A stretch of DNA of 64,000 bases from assembly GCA_963804975.1 (NCBI GenBank), contig CAWDSG010000002.1, positions 341,015-405,014 on the forward strand, read 5' to 3'. Shown here piece after piece: positions 47,772-56,219 of this stretch; within the stretch, counting starts at the first letter, position 1; each line of letters starts with the position of its first letter. Made by a program: the position numbers and the translations under genes. The stretch comes from an uncultured bacterium. GTDB lineage: Bacteria; Patescibacteriota; Minisyncoccia; Phycocordibacterales; GWA1-40-21. The notes under the pieces are model-generated. The model was not told where the DNA came from and did no database searches. It saw only the letters and a program-made list of their open reading frames with translations.

Positions 47772-48746
47772 TTATTTAAGGTTTTTTAGGAATGCATTAA
47801 TTATTTTAATAGCTTCATCTTTATTATCCGCTGACATCAGTTTTATCCTCAACTCTTTAGCACCGTCAAACCCACCGACATAGGCCTTGAAATGTTTTTT
47901 CATAACAGCAAAGTTCTTATGTTTGCCCAAAAGCTTGTCAAAAAGCTTGGTATGTTCTACAAGCGCTTCCAGTTTTTCTTTTATTGTAGGTTCAGTTGTT
48001 TTTTTATCATTAAAAAACCAAGGGTTGCCAAAAACTCCCCTGCCGACCATTATTCCATCAAACCCAGTTTCAATTGCTTTCTCTCTTCCCTCTTCCAAGC
48101 TTTTAATATCTCCATTTGCAATCAATACGACATTTTTATCAATTACTCGCACAGTTTTCACAATATCTTTCGCAAGTTCCCAGTGTGCCGGAACATCCGA
48201 TATTTCTTTTTTTGTCCGCAGATGAATTATCAGAGTCGAAATATTTTCTTTCAATATTTCCGGAAGCCAAGTTTTATATTCAAGCGAATTGTAGCCAAGG
48301 CGGGTTTTCACCGATATTGGCAAATGCGGAGCGCCCTCCTTAGCAGCACGGATAATTTCTCTTGCGAGCTTCGGAGTTCTGATCAAGCTCGCGCCTGCGC
48401 CTTGGCTGACGACAGATTTATCCGGGCATCCCATATTTATATCAATGCCGTCAAAACCAAGACCTCCGAGATATTGGCACGCCTTTTTCATATTTTCCGG
48501 ATTAGCGCCAAAAACTTGAACAACGATCGGATGTTCGTTATGCGAATATTCCAAGATATGCGAAAGATTTTTCCTTGCCAATTTATTGCACAGGCCATCC
48601 GCAGCAATGAATTCCGTCCAAAAAACATCCGGCTTTCCGAATCTGACAAGCATTTTGCGGAAAGCGCAGTCTGTTACATCTGACATCGGCGCAAGACAAA
48701 AGAAAGGTTTTTTAGATTTTGAAATTATTTGCCAGAAATTCGACAT
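47772..48746 (-). CDS. tRNA-dihydrouridine synthase
   Basis: LAPM, TEF, DINMGCP, SVKTRLG, HLRT, ANGDI and GRG..GNPW motifs. Confidence 0.93.
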   Translation of the reverse strand: MSNFWQIISKSKKPFFCLAPMSDVTDCAFRKMLVRFGKPDVFWTEFIAADGLCNKLARKNLSHILEYSHNEHPIVVQVFGANPENMKKACQYLGGLGFDGIDINMGCPDKSVVSQGAGASLIRTPKLAREIIRAAKEGAPHLPISVKTRLGYNSLEYKTWLPEILKENISTLIIHLRTKKEISDVPAHWELAKDIVKTVRVIDKNVVLIANGDIKSLEEGREKAIETGFDGIMVGRGVFGNPWFFNDKKTTEPTIKEKLEALVEHTKLFDKLLGKHKNFAVMKKHFKAYVGGFDGAKELRIKLMSADNKDEAIKIINAFLKNLK

Positions 48747-48805
48747 ATGTGATGCAAAGATAGCATTACTTTACGTGGAGGTCAAAAAAATGCTAATCTT
48801 TATAT

Positions 48806-49369
48806 ATGGCGCCGACAAAGATTAAAAAAAATCAAATAGTGCAGAAAAACAGTCCTGTTTTGAGGGAGATTTCTTTGCCTGTACCGCAAGATAAAATCGG
48901 AAGTCCGGAAATAAAGGCGATTATTTCGGATATGAAAAAATCTATTGAATCTCAAGCTGATGCAGTTGCCATATCGGCAGTGCAGATCGGCAAACCGGTA
49001 AGGATTTTTGTTATTTCAAAGAAGGTTTTTGGAATCGCAAGCGGTGATGTGACCAAAGCGTCCGCAAAAGATGACCTGGTTTTTATAAATCCCAAAATCA
49101 TCAAAACATCAAAAAACAAAAAATCTTTGGAGGAAGGATGCCTTTCCGTCAGATATTTTTATGGAAATGTCCTGCGCGCAGAAAAAGCTACGGTACAGGC
49201 GTTTGATGAGCATGGCAGAAAATTTACCAGGGGTTTTTCCGGCCTTTTCGCGCAGATAGTCCAGCATGAAACGGACCACTTAGACGGGAAGCTTTTTATA
49301 GATAAGGCCAAAAATATTCAGGAAATTTCTCATGAGGAATACGAGAAAAGTTTGGCAATCCATGAATGA
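48806..49369 (+). CDS. def: Peptide deformylase
   Basis: AISAVQIG, EGCLS and QHETDHLDG motifs. Confidence 0.95.
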   Translation: MAPTKIKKNQIVQKNSPVLREISLPVPQDKIGSPEIKAIISDMKKSIESQADAVAISAVQIGKPVRIFVISKKVFGIASGDVTKASAKDDLVFINPKIIKTSKNKKSLEEGCLSVRYFYGNVLRAEKATVQAFDEHGRKFTRGFSGLFAQIVQHETDHLDGKLFIDKAKNIQEISHEEYEKSLAIHE

Positions 49370-49440
49370 TTGACAAATGCTTTTTTATCCTGTAATTTTA
49401 ATAATAGAAAAGATCATCTAAAAATTGGAGGCGGATAAAA

Positions 49441-49806
49441 ATGAAAAAGGAAGAAACAAAAAGCATCAAATACGTTTTTTGTGGTTATTCAAAAACGGGT
49501 CGTGAGCTTATTGAAACGGCAATAAAAAAAGTTGCCGAAACGGAAAATTTACTGGTTTTGTTTGACGAAGATCCGTATTACAAAATAGGCAGATCGCCCC
49601 GCGTAATAGTAAAAACAAAAAATGATGATGATTTTGTTTGGGCGATTTATATACTAAGATTGGTGGTGAAAGATAAGTTAAAGGAAAATATTACCGCCAT
49701 CAAGATTTCCAGGGATCCGAAAAAGGAAAGAAGTCAAATTGTTTATATCACACCCAACAGCATTCCGAAAAAGCCCCAGGTTCCTCAAAAAGCGCCTGCA
49801 ATCTAG
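49441..49806 (+). CDS. Orphan protein, distant paralogue of 49888-50202
   Basis: TTGACA-N17-TAATTT at 49370-49398; GGAGG at 49427; terminator at 49787-49815. Confidence 0.65.
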   Translation: MKKEETKSIKYVFCGYSKTGRELIETAIKKVAETENLLVLFDEDPYYKIGRSPRVIVKTKNDDDFVWAIYILRLVVKDKLKENITAIKISRDPKKERSQIVYITPNSIPKKPQVPQKAPAI

Positions 49807-49887
49807 GCGCTTTTTTAATTGACAAATCTTAAAAATTTTATAGCATAGGAAGTAGAGGTATTTAAATAAATTCCAGGGAGGTTTGAA

Positions 49888-50202
49888 ATGTTTAATATTG
49901 AATTCATTGGGTTTAACAAAAAAGAACGGGAAATTATTGCGAGGTGGATCTCGAGTATTAAAGGAGAAGTAAGAGCACACCATATTAATCCCAATCCGAG
50001 ATATTTTGGAAATCAAATATCTTTTCACCGAGGACTATCAATCGAAAAAAGAGAAGGGGAAGTCAATTCTTTTGTTCGGGTTACTTATCTAAACAAAAAC
50101 GATTTGATCTATGTAAAGTTTCTTCTCAAGGAAGTTAAAAGGAGAGCGGCAATAGCACTCAATCCTGAATATTACAAACTTGATATGGGAACGAACCATT
50201 AA
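49888..50202 (+). CDS. Orphan protein, distant paralogue of 49441-49806
   Basis: TTGACA-N16-TAGCAT at 49819-49846; GGGAGG SD; terminator at 50230-50258. Confidence 0.65.
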   Translation: MFNIEFIGFNKKEREIIARWISSIKGEVRAHHINPNPRYFGNQISFHRGLSIEKREGEVNSFVRVTYLNKNDLIYVKFLLKEVKRRAAIALNPEYYKLDMGTNH

Positions 50203-50294
50203 TTTTTTCGGATAAGCAAGTTGAAAAATAAGCGCCTGACCTGCGGGTCGGGTGCTTTTCTTTTGGAAGATTATCTCGTAATATTAGAGTTATT

Positions 50295-51227
50295 ATGTTT
50301 AATAAAAATATAAAAACGGCTTTCTTTGGCAATTCGGAATTTTCTCTGATTGTACTTCTCGAGCTTAAAAAACTCGGTTTTTTGCCTGATATTGTAGTTA
50401 CCACTCCCGACAAGCCGGTTGGCAGAAAAATGATTCTTACGCCGACACAGACGAAGGTTTGGGCGCAGGACAATTCAATAGAATATATTGAACCGGTAAA
50501 ACTGAAAGATGAAAGTTTTCTAGAAAAGATGAAAGAATACAATCTTTTTATCGTTGCTTCCTACGGGAAAATAATCCCGAAAGCACTTATTGATATTCCT
50601 AAATATAAAGCGCTTAATATTCATCCTTCGCTTCTGCCGAAATATCGCGGTCCATCGCCCTTGCAGGAGCAGATTTTAAATAATGAGAAAAATGTCGGTG
50701 TTTCAATAATGCTTATAGACGAACAAATGGATCACGGGGCGATTTTGGCACAAAAAAAAGTGGACCTACCTGACCGGCAGGCAGGAATCCCTTCTTGGCC
50801 CGTTGGTTTTAATGAATTGTCTGAAATTCTAGGAAAAGAAGGTGCTAAGTTGTTGATGAAAATTTTACCGGAATGGATAAAAGGCAAGATCAAGCCGAAG
50901 GAACAAAATCACAGCGAAGCGACTTTTACAAAAAAAGTTGAAAAGCAGGACGGACTAATAATCTGTCCCGATGTCTCACATCAGGAAAATGTTGATAAAA
51001 ACCCCGAGGTTAAACCTCGGGGAAACGAAACATATAAAGATTATTTGAAATATTTGGCCTATGAAGATTGGCCGGGAACATATTTTGAAGCTACGCACAA
51101 TGGTAAAAAATTGAAAGTTATCGTTAAAAAAGCTGTTTGGAAAGATGATGAACTTGAAATTCTCCGCGTTGTTCCGGAAGGTAAAAAAGAGATGGATTAT
51201 AAGGACTTTTTGCGAGGCTTAAGATAA
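50295..51227 (+). CDS. fmt: Methionyl-tRNA formyltransferase with three in-frame palindromic insertions
   Basis: PDKPVGR, VASYGKI, NIHPSLLPKYRGPSP, MDHG, WPG and PEGKKEM motifs. Confidence 0.95.
   Translation: MFNKNIKTAFFGNSEFSLIVLLELKKLGFLPDIVVTTPDKPVGRKMILTPTQTKVWAQDNSIEYIEPVKLKDESFLEKMKEYNLFIVASYGKIIPKALIDIPKYKALNIHPSLLPKYRGPSPLQEQILNNEKNVGVSIMLIDEQMDHGAILAQKKVDLPDRQAGIPSWPVGFNELSEILGKEGAKLLMKILPEWIKGKIKPKEQNHSEATFTKKVEKQDGLIICPDVSHQENVDKNPEVKPRGNETYKDYLKYLAYEDWPGTYFEATHNGKKLKVIVKKAVWKDDELEILRVVPEGKKEMDYKDFLRGLR
50765..50785. repeat. 21-nt palindrome in frame in fmt (LPDRQAG)
   Basis: CCTACCTG-ACCGG-CAGGCAGG; same family as 9325-9345. Confidence 0.75.
50990..51022. repeat. REP-like palindrome in frame in fmt (VDKNPEVKPRG)
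   Basis: 32/33 identical to the intergenic copy at 41037-41069. Confidence 0.9.
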
Positions 51228-51277
51228 AAATGTCATTTTTGCTTGACAAAAGATAGCTAATATGCTATCATTGCATT

Positions 51278-51447
51278 GAATTTGAAATTGACAGTTTGTA
51301 CCCAGGGGGATTCACTGGTTCTCCAAACGGAGATAGGTGTTAATCCTCCTGGGTGTGGTGGGTTGATTGTCGGCGAACAACCAACTCATTTAAGATGACC
51401 GGCCTGTTGGGCTTTTATTACAAATACCACAGTGAACCGGTTTTTTT
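51278..51447 (+). ncRNA. Candidate ~170-nt three-hairpin small RNA
   Basis: TTGACA-N17-TATCAT at 51243-51271; hairpins at 51299-51355, 51358-51389 and 51398-51441, then a T run; no credible ORF. Confidence 0.5.
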
Positions 51448-51815
51448 TATTTCCACATTTTTATGAAAGATTTGATTTTTGCTCCACTTCTTTTCAATAA
51501 GCTTGTTTTTTTATCCTTGAAGGATTTCAATTCCTCCGCCATTTCTTCGGTAGCAATATCGATGGAAGAATATAAGTCAGCTTCCTCAGCAGAAGCACGA
51601 AAAGCTTTTCCTCCGATGTGAATCATGAATTCTGTGCGAAATAAATCGCCTGTTTTGTGATGATTGGTGGTCTTCCCTATTTCCGCATAACACATAACCG
51701 TATCTTTAATGATTTCAGGATTTATAAATTTGTCCAAATGGCTGATTCTCTTTTCCAGATAATCTTTGATTGCGGGAGTCAAAACGAAATCGGTTGCTTT
51801 TATATTATGTTTCAT
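51447..51815 (-). CDS. raiA: Ribosome hibernation factor HPF/RaiA
   Basis: LTPAIKDYLEKRISHLDKF...DLYSSID. Confidence 0.9.
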   Translation of the reverse strand: MKHNIKATDFVLTPAIKDYLEKRISHLDKFINPEIIKDTVMCYAEIGKTTNHHKTGDLFRTEFMIHIGGKAFRASAEEADLYSSIDIATEEMAEELKSFKDKKTSLLKRSGAKIKSFIKMWK

Positions 51816-51824
51816 AATGTACGG

Positions 51825-52043
51825 TTATTTTTCTAAACTAATAATCTTGCTTGATGAATGATATCCTTTTATAATTATGATTTTATTATAACCTTTAAAA
51901 TTCTTTCGCACCAGTTCCAATATTCTTTTATTCGCAAGATTTTTCTCGGCCGGTTCTATAACAAATATATGAAAACTATCATCAGATTTCTTGATGATTT
52001 TTTCCTTTTTTGCATCAGTAAAAACTTTGATTTTGATAAGCAT
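51825..52043 (-). CDS. DUF167/YggU-family protein
   Basis: IKIKV...AKKE...EPAEKNLAN...IIKG..S..K. Confidence 0.85.
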   Translation of the reverse strand: MLIKIKVFTDAKKEKIIKKSDDSFHIFVIEPAEKNLANKRILELVRKNFKGYNKIIIIKGYHSSSKIISLEK

Positions 52044-52118
52044 ATGTTAATTGTATCTTATCATTTAAAAATAAAATCAATCTATTCACTTTTTAATTTT
52101 AATCTGCTATTATGCTCG

Positions 52119-52247
52119 TATCCTGGAGTAGTTGAAATGCGAATACATGGAGCATTTCAAAGACGGAGCACGTCGGTGCGAGTCGGGGTCGCAAGATTTT
52201 CAGCAGAAAATACTTGTGACCAACGATTCCGCGAGCTACTCTGGATA
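52119..52247 (-). repeat. Structured dispersed repeat, copy 5 (divergent, with an extra hairpin) in the tRNA-Asn leader
   Basis: Minus-strand core ATTTTCTGCTGAAAAT...GACTC-GCAC-CGAC-GTGC-TCCGT; arms TATCCTGGAGTAG / CTACTCTGGATA. Confidence 0.8.
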
Positions 52248-52255
52248 TAAAATAA

Positions 52256-52327
52256 TCCGGAGTAGCTCAGCGGTAGAGCGATCGCCTGTTAAGCGATTGG
52301 TCGCAGGTTCGATCCCTGCCTCCGGAG
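52256..52327 (+). tRNA. tRNA-Asn(GTT)
   Basis: TCCGGAG-TAGCTCAGCGGTAGAGC...CTGTTAA...GGTTCGATCCC...CTCCGGA-G. Confidence 0.97.
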
Positions 52328-52407
52328 CAAAAGCTAGTACTTGACAAATAGGATATAATTATTATCATATTTACAGAGGTACAAAATCTTAAAAAGGGGG
52401 TTTGAAA

Positions 52408-52725
52408 ATGAAACAATTTTCATTAATAGTGATGCTGTTTGTTATGATGATTGCGACTTACTCTGTAGCGGATGCCAACACGAGTGGAGTCGAACACATA
52501 CGTCTCTTTTCTAAAACCGCAGGAGGGACACAAAAATCAGTTGCAATGGCAACGGAAAAACTGAACAATGAAATTGATCAGTGGCTTAATAACAATCCGA
52601 CTTTAAAAATAATCGGGGTTGAATTCGAAAATACAAGCACTGGGAATCTACCTAACGGTGGACTTGGTAACAACACAGTATTTGTAACTATCACCGTCGT
52701 TGTACATTGCATATCAAAAAAATAA
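52408..52725 (+). CDS. Small secreted orphan protein
   Basis: Signal peptide; TTGACA-N16-TATCAT at 52341-52368; AAGGGGG SD; terminator at ~52749-52775. Confidence 0.65.
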   Translation: MKQFSLIVMLFVMMIATYSVADANTSGVEHIRLFSKTAGGTQKSVAMATEKLNNEIDQWLNNNPTLKIIGVEFENTSTGNLPNGGLGNNTVFVTITVVVHCISKK

Positions 52726-52910
52726 CGAATACATCCGTTGGTACATAATATCCAGTCTAAAACGACTGGATATTTTTTTGTCCCAAACAGGTTCTGACTT
52801 CCTCCGGCCAGTGAAGCCGCCTTAGCCACCTTTTAATTGAGGTGGTTTTTTGGTTGATTAAAATTTTTGGAAGTGATAAACTGATATAATAATTAAATAA
52901 ATATAAAAAT

Positions 52911-53071
52911 ATGTAGTAAGAGGAAATTTTATTGGTGCGGCGATTGTTGCAATAATCTACACGGTTTATATTTTAATGAATCCCCTTCCAACAAAATGGC
53001 AAACGGCGTTAGTATTGGTGATTCTTAACGCTTTAACTATCGTGCTTTTGTCTTTTGCATTCAAAATGTAA
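52911..53071 (+). pseudogene. Possible frameshifted small two-TM gene
   Basis: Hydrophobic frame FIGAAIVAIIYTVYIL...ALVLVILNALTIVLLSFAFKM*; the upstream ATG at 52911 is out of frame. Confidence 0.3.
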
Positions 53072-53150
53072 AAGAGAAATAATAATTTGACTTATAATTT
53101 TATCGTGGTAATTTTATATTGAAAGAACCTTGTAAAGAAAGGAACTCAAA

Positions 53151-53495
53151 ATGCGTAAAGACAGAGCGAGAGCAGAGCGAAATATAAAAAATTTAATAAA
53201 AAAAGTAGTTGGCAGCTTAGCCGGTAAAAGGAAGTTGCCGAGACAACCTATTATTAATGTCAGGCAGGAACTTGCAGATGGAATAAGTATTACGATTGAT
53301 TCGCAAAAAAATAGCGGTAAGCATCCAGGCATAACTTATAGTGTGATTATTGAAAACGAAATTCCTGGACGCAAATCACTATTAATCTCAAAATTTACTG
53401 AGTCCGAAATTTTAAGAGCCTTTCTGCTGGGGCTTTGGTCATTAGGAGTTGTGAATAATTGCAATGATATTTCATCTATTGAAATTCCTTCCTGA
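53151..53495 (+). CDS. Orphan protein
   Basis: TTGACT-N16-TAATTT at 53087-53114; AAAGGA SD; terminator at 53521-53546. Confidence 0.6.
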   Translation: MRKDRARAERNIKNLIKKVVGSLAGKRKLPRQPIINVRQELADGISITIDSQKNSGKHPGITYSVIIENEIPGRKSLLISKFTESEILRAFLLGLWSLGVVNNCNDISSIEIPS

Positions 53496-53714
53496 ACAAA
53501 AGAATAATTTTATAAAAATTAACCCCGGTGTTTAGTCGCCGGGGTTTTTATTCAAATATTCGCTAAAAAAGCTTTATTTTATCCGCACGGATGCGTTATT
53601 TGTTATCAACAGGATTTTTGAATGCCTGTTTGACTATTTTTAAAAAGGATATAAAATTAACAAAGATATAGTCGATTATCATTATAATTATTAATTATAA
53701 AAAATATAAATAAT

Positions 53715-53873
53715 ATGAAAGGTACGCTTATAACACTCGGAATCATTTTGCTAGTAATCGGATTGATTGGTCTTATTTCAAACACTTCAGTCGGTTTGAT
53801 GTGGGTACTTTTGATCCTCGGCGTAATCGGAGTAATCTGGGGCGCTTCAGTCAAAGGTAAGGCAACAATGTAA
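53715..53873 (+). CDS. 52-aa two-TM protein (below the ORF-track cutoff)
   Basis: MKGTLITLGIILLVIGLIGLISNTSVGLMWVLLILGVIGVIWGASVKGKATM; terminator at ~53900-53920. Confidence 0.65.
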   Translation: MKGTLITLGIILLVIGLIGLISNTSVGLMWVLLILGVIGVIWGASVKGKATM

Positions 53874-54057
53874 AAAAATTTAAATAACAAACAAAAAATC
53901 ACCCGTGATGCGGGTGGTTTTTGTTTTATATAATTCGGCAAAAACCGAAGATTATTCTTTTAACACTTGACAAATATATTTAATAGATATATACTTTTTT
54001 CAGTTTTTTGAACTGTTTTCCCGTTGATTTCCCTGCTTATTTTGCTAACATACATCT

Positions 54058-55110
54058 ATGTCGTTAGAATCAAATCCAATAGAAAAAAAGGTTCACGAAC
54101 AAAAAGAAGAGATTATCGAAAATCTTTTCCTATTTTTAAAGGAAAAAAGAGAAAGAGAAGAGCAGAAAATTGAAAAAGATCTTCCCGAAGCCATGAAAAA
54201 CCTTCCGAAAGATCTTCGTAATGTTGTTGAGAAAAATTTCCAGCGATTCAAATCATACAATCTTACCGCCAAACAGCTTCTTTCTGAATTAAAACACGAT
54301 ATAGAAACGATGAAAACCGCCTATGAAGACAAGCGATTTGGTATACCGAACGGAAGCTACTTGATGTATGAAATAAAGCATATTATTGACGATCTGGTCG
54401 CGGAATTCACTGATAAAAAAATAGATTTCACAAAAATCAAAGGACTCGGCATTATCAGCCTTGATGTAAACGGGCTTAAAACGATAAATGATGTGATCAG
54501 CCACGAAGCGGGCAGCGAATATTTGAGAAGAATTGCTAATGTTTTGAAAAAAGGCGCTACGACAAAAGAGCTTGAAGCGGACGGTATCAGCGTATTTGTT
54601 TCTTCAAATGGCGGGGATGAATTTTCAATCATACTCAGCGACAATGTAAATCTTATGGACGTTTCCGGCGGGTCCACATTTATTAATAAAGCGCTGAAAA
54701 AATACCAGGAAGAAGTGTCTATGATAGAAGTGAGCGATCTTATCAACTTTAATCGCCCGGAAATATTCGCGAAGTTCAAAGATCTTTCAATTCCGGATAA
54801 ATTCAAATTTATCGCAAGTGTTTCGGGCGGTACTGCGTGCATTGAAGAGATATTGGTTAATAACGGGTTTGTTCCAAATGCAACTGTTGGGTATTCCGAC
54901 AATCTAAACTTTATAATCAGCGGCCTTTTTGAACTTTCGGACAGGCGAAGCAAGCAAGATAAAGACAAATTCAAGGAAGAACTTGAAAACAGCAGCGATA
55001 AACACAAGAAATTCTTGGCGGTATTGCTGAAACGAAATTTGGAAACGGCTATGATTGAAGAAGAAAACAAGAAACTCAAACTTTTAATAGAAAAATTTAA
55101 GCAAAAATAA
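54058..55110 (+). CDS. GGDEF-domain protein (putative diguanylate cyclase)
   Basis: LDVNGLKTINDVISHEAG...GGDEF...SVSGG. Confidence 0.85.
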   Translation: MSLESNPIEKKVHEQKEEIIENLFLFLKEKREREEQKIEKDLPEAMKNLPKDLRNVVEKNFQRFKSYNLTAKQLLSELKHDIETMKTAYEDKRFGIPNGSYLMYEIKHIIDDLVAEFTDKKIDFTKIKGLGIISLDVNGLKTINDVISHEAGSEYLRRIANVLKKGATTKELEADGISVFVSSNGGDEFSIILSDNVNLMDVSGGSTFINKALKKYQEEVSMIEVSDLINFNRPEIFAKFKDLSIPDKFKFIASVSGGTACIEEILVNNGFVPNATVGYSDNLNFIISGLFELSDRRSKQDKDKFKEELENSSDKHKKFLAVLLKRNLETAMIEEENKKLKLLIEKFKQK

Positions 55111-55123
55111 TAAATATATTTAT

Positions 55124-55255
55124 ATGGCAAAAAGAGGCACAACACTTAGTTCAAAAAAGGGCAGATCAAAGCATTCCCACAAAACGCAGAGGCGGCTTGC
55201 TGCAAAGCGGCTTATGATTGAGAAGAAAACCGCCCGGAAAAAGTCCAAATGGTAA
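55124..55255 (+). CDS. 43-aa very basic protein (below the ORF-track cutoff)
   Basis: MAKRGTTLSSKKGRSKHSHKTQRRLAAKRLMIEKKTARKKSKW; A/T-rich leader like core genes. Confidence 0.6.
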   Translation: MAKRGTTLSSKKGRSKHSHKTQRRLAAKRLMIEKKTARKKSKW

Positions 55256-55346
55256 TTTTATAATTACTCATTGACAATTAAGCGCATCTATACTATCATT
55301 TAACATAGAATTTGAACGCTACAAAATAATAAGAAAAGAGGGACGA

Positions 55347-55586
55347 ATGAACCTTTTAGAAGAAATAAAAATAGCAAAAGAAAAGGTTGATCGGAGGCCA
55401 GAAAATCCTAACGATAAAACAAAAGGGAAACGAGGTTCTGACATTCGAGCAGAAATGAGCGATAAGGCTCGAGTTGCATGGGATAAAACAAAACTTGCTG
55501 AAGGACTTCTAATTTCATCTCTTGAATGGATAGAAACTTATGCTAAAACGGAAGATGTCTATCTTACCAACATACTCGTTAGTTGA
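55347..55586 (+). CDS. Orphan protein
   Basis: TTGACA-N17-TATCAT at 55271-55299; GAGGGA SD; terminator at ~55598-55639. Confidence 0.6.
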   Translation: MNLLEEIKIAKEKVDRRPENPNDKTKGKRGSDIRAEMSDKARVAWDKTKLAEGLLISSLEWIETYAKTEDVYLTNILVS

Positions 55587-55688
55587 TCCTGTTTATTAAA
55601 AAAGGCCTGCTACATTCAATTATGGCAAGGTCTTTTTTTATTGCTAAAACAATTCCCTACCGATATTGTTTCTGATATCATATCTTTT

Positions 55689-56219
55689 ATGCCTAAGCAC
55701 AAAATTCTTCAAAAGAAATTTTTTGACAGGTCGGTTTTGAAAGTGGCGCTTGAACTTTTGGGAAAATATCTGGTGCGGCGAAATTCTCGCGGCAAAACAG
55801 TGGAATATATGATTACCGAAGTTGAAGCTTATGACAGCGAAAAGGATTTGGCATGCCATGCGTCAAAAGGAAGAACCGAAAGAAACGAAACGATGTACGG
55901 ACCGGCTAGATATTGGTATGTTTATCTTTGCTACGGAATGTATTATATGCTTAATATTGTTACAGGTAAAAAGAATTATCCATCGGCGATATTGATCCGC
56001 GAACTGTCGAAAATGAAAGGTCCGGGAATAATTACTCGGGAACTTAGCATTAAAAAAGAGTTAAACGGAAAAATTGCATCGCCGAAATCCGGCCTTTGGA
56101 TTGAAGACCGCGGAATAAGAATTTCAAAAAAAGATATTGTCCAAACGCAGAGAATCGGCGTAGAGTATGCCGGAAAATGGGCCAAAAAACCATATCGTTT
56201 CGTTTTAAAAAATAGTTGA
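55689..56219 (+). CDS. mpg: 3-methyladenine DNA glycosylase (AAG/Mpg family)
   Basis: ITEVEAY...ACHA...YVYLCYGMY..LN...GPG...RIGV. Confidence 0.92.
   Translation: MPKHKILQKKFFDRSVLKVALELLGKYLVRRNSRGKTVEYMITEVEAYDSEKDLACHASKGRTERNETMYGPARYWYVYLCYGMYYMLNIVTGKKNYPSAILIRELSKMKGPGIITRELSIKKELNGKIASPKSGLWIEDRGIRISKKDIVQTQRIGVEYAGKWAKKPYRFVLKNS

Noticed and set aside
47892-48683. 263-aa + strand ORF
   Set aside because: Antisense shadow of the dus gene.
51278-51447. raiA-motif RNA
   Set aside because: That motif is described upstream of and co-oriented with raiA in Firmicutes and Actinobacteria; this element is downstream and convergent, and I cannot match its consensus.
53657-53941. 94-aa minus-strand ORF
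   Set aside because: The + strand 52-aa two-TM ORF with its own terminator explains the region better.
54357-55145. 262-aa minus-strand ORF
   Set aside because: Antisense shadow of the GGDEF gene with a Ser/Leu/Phe-rich composition.
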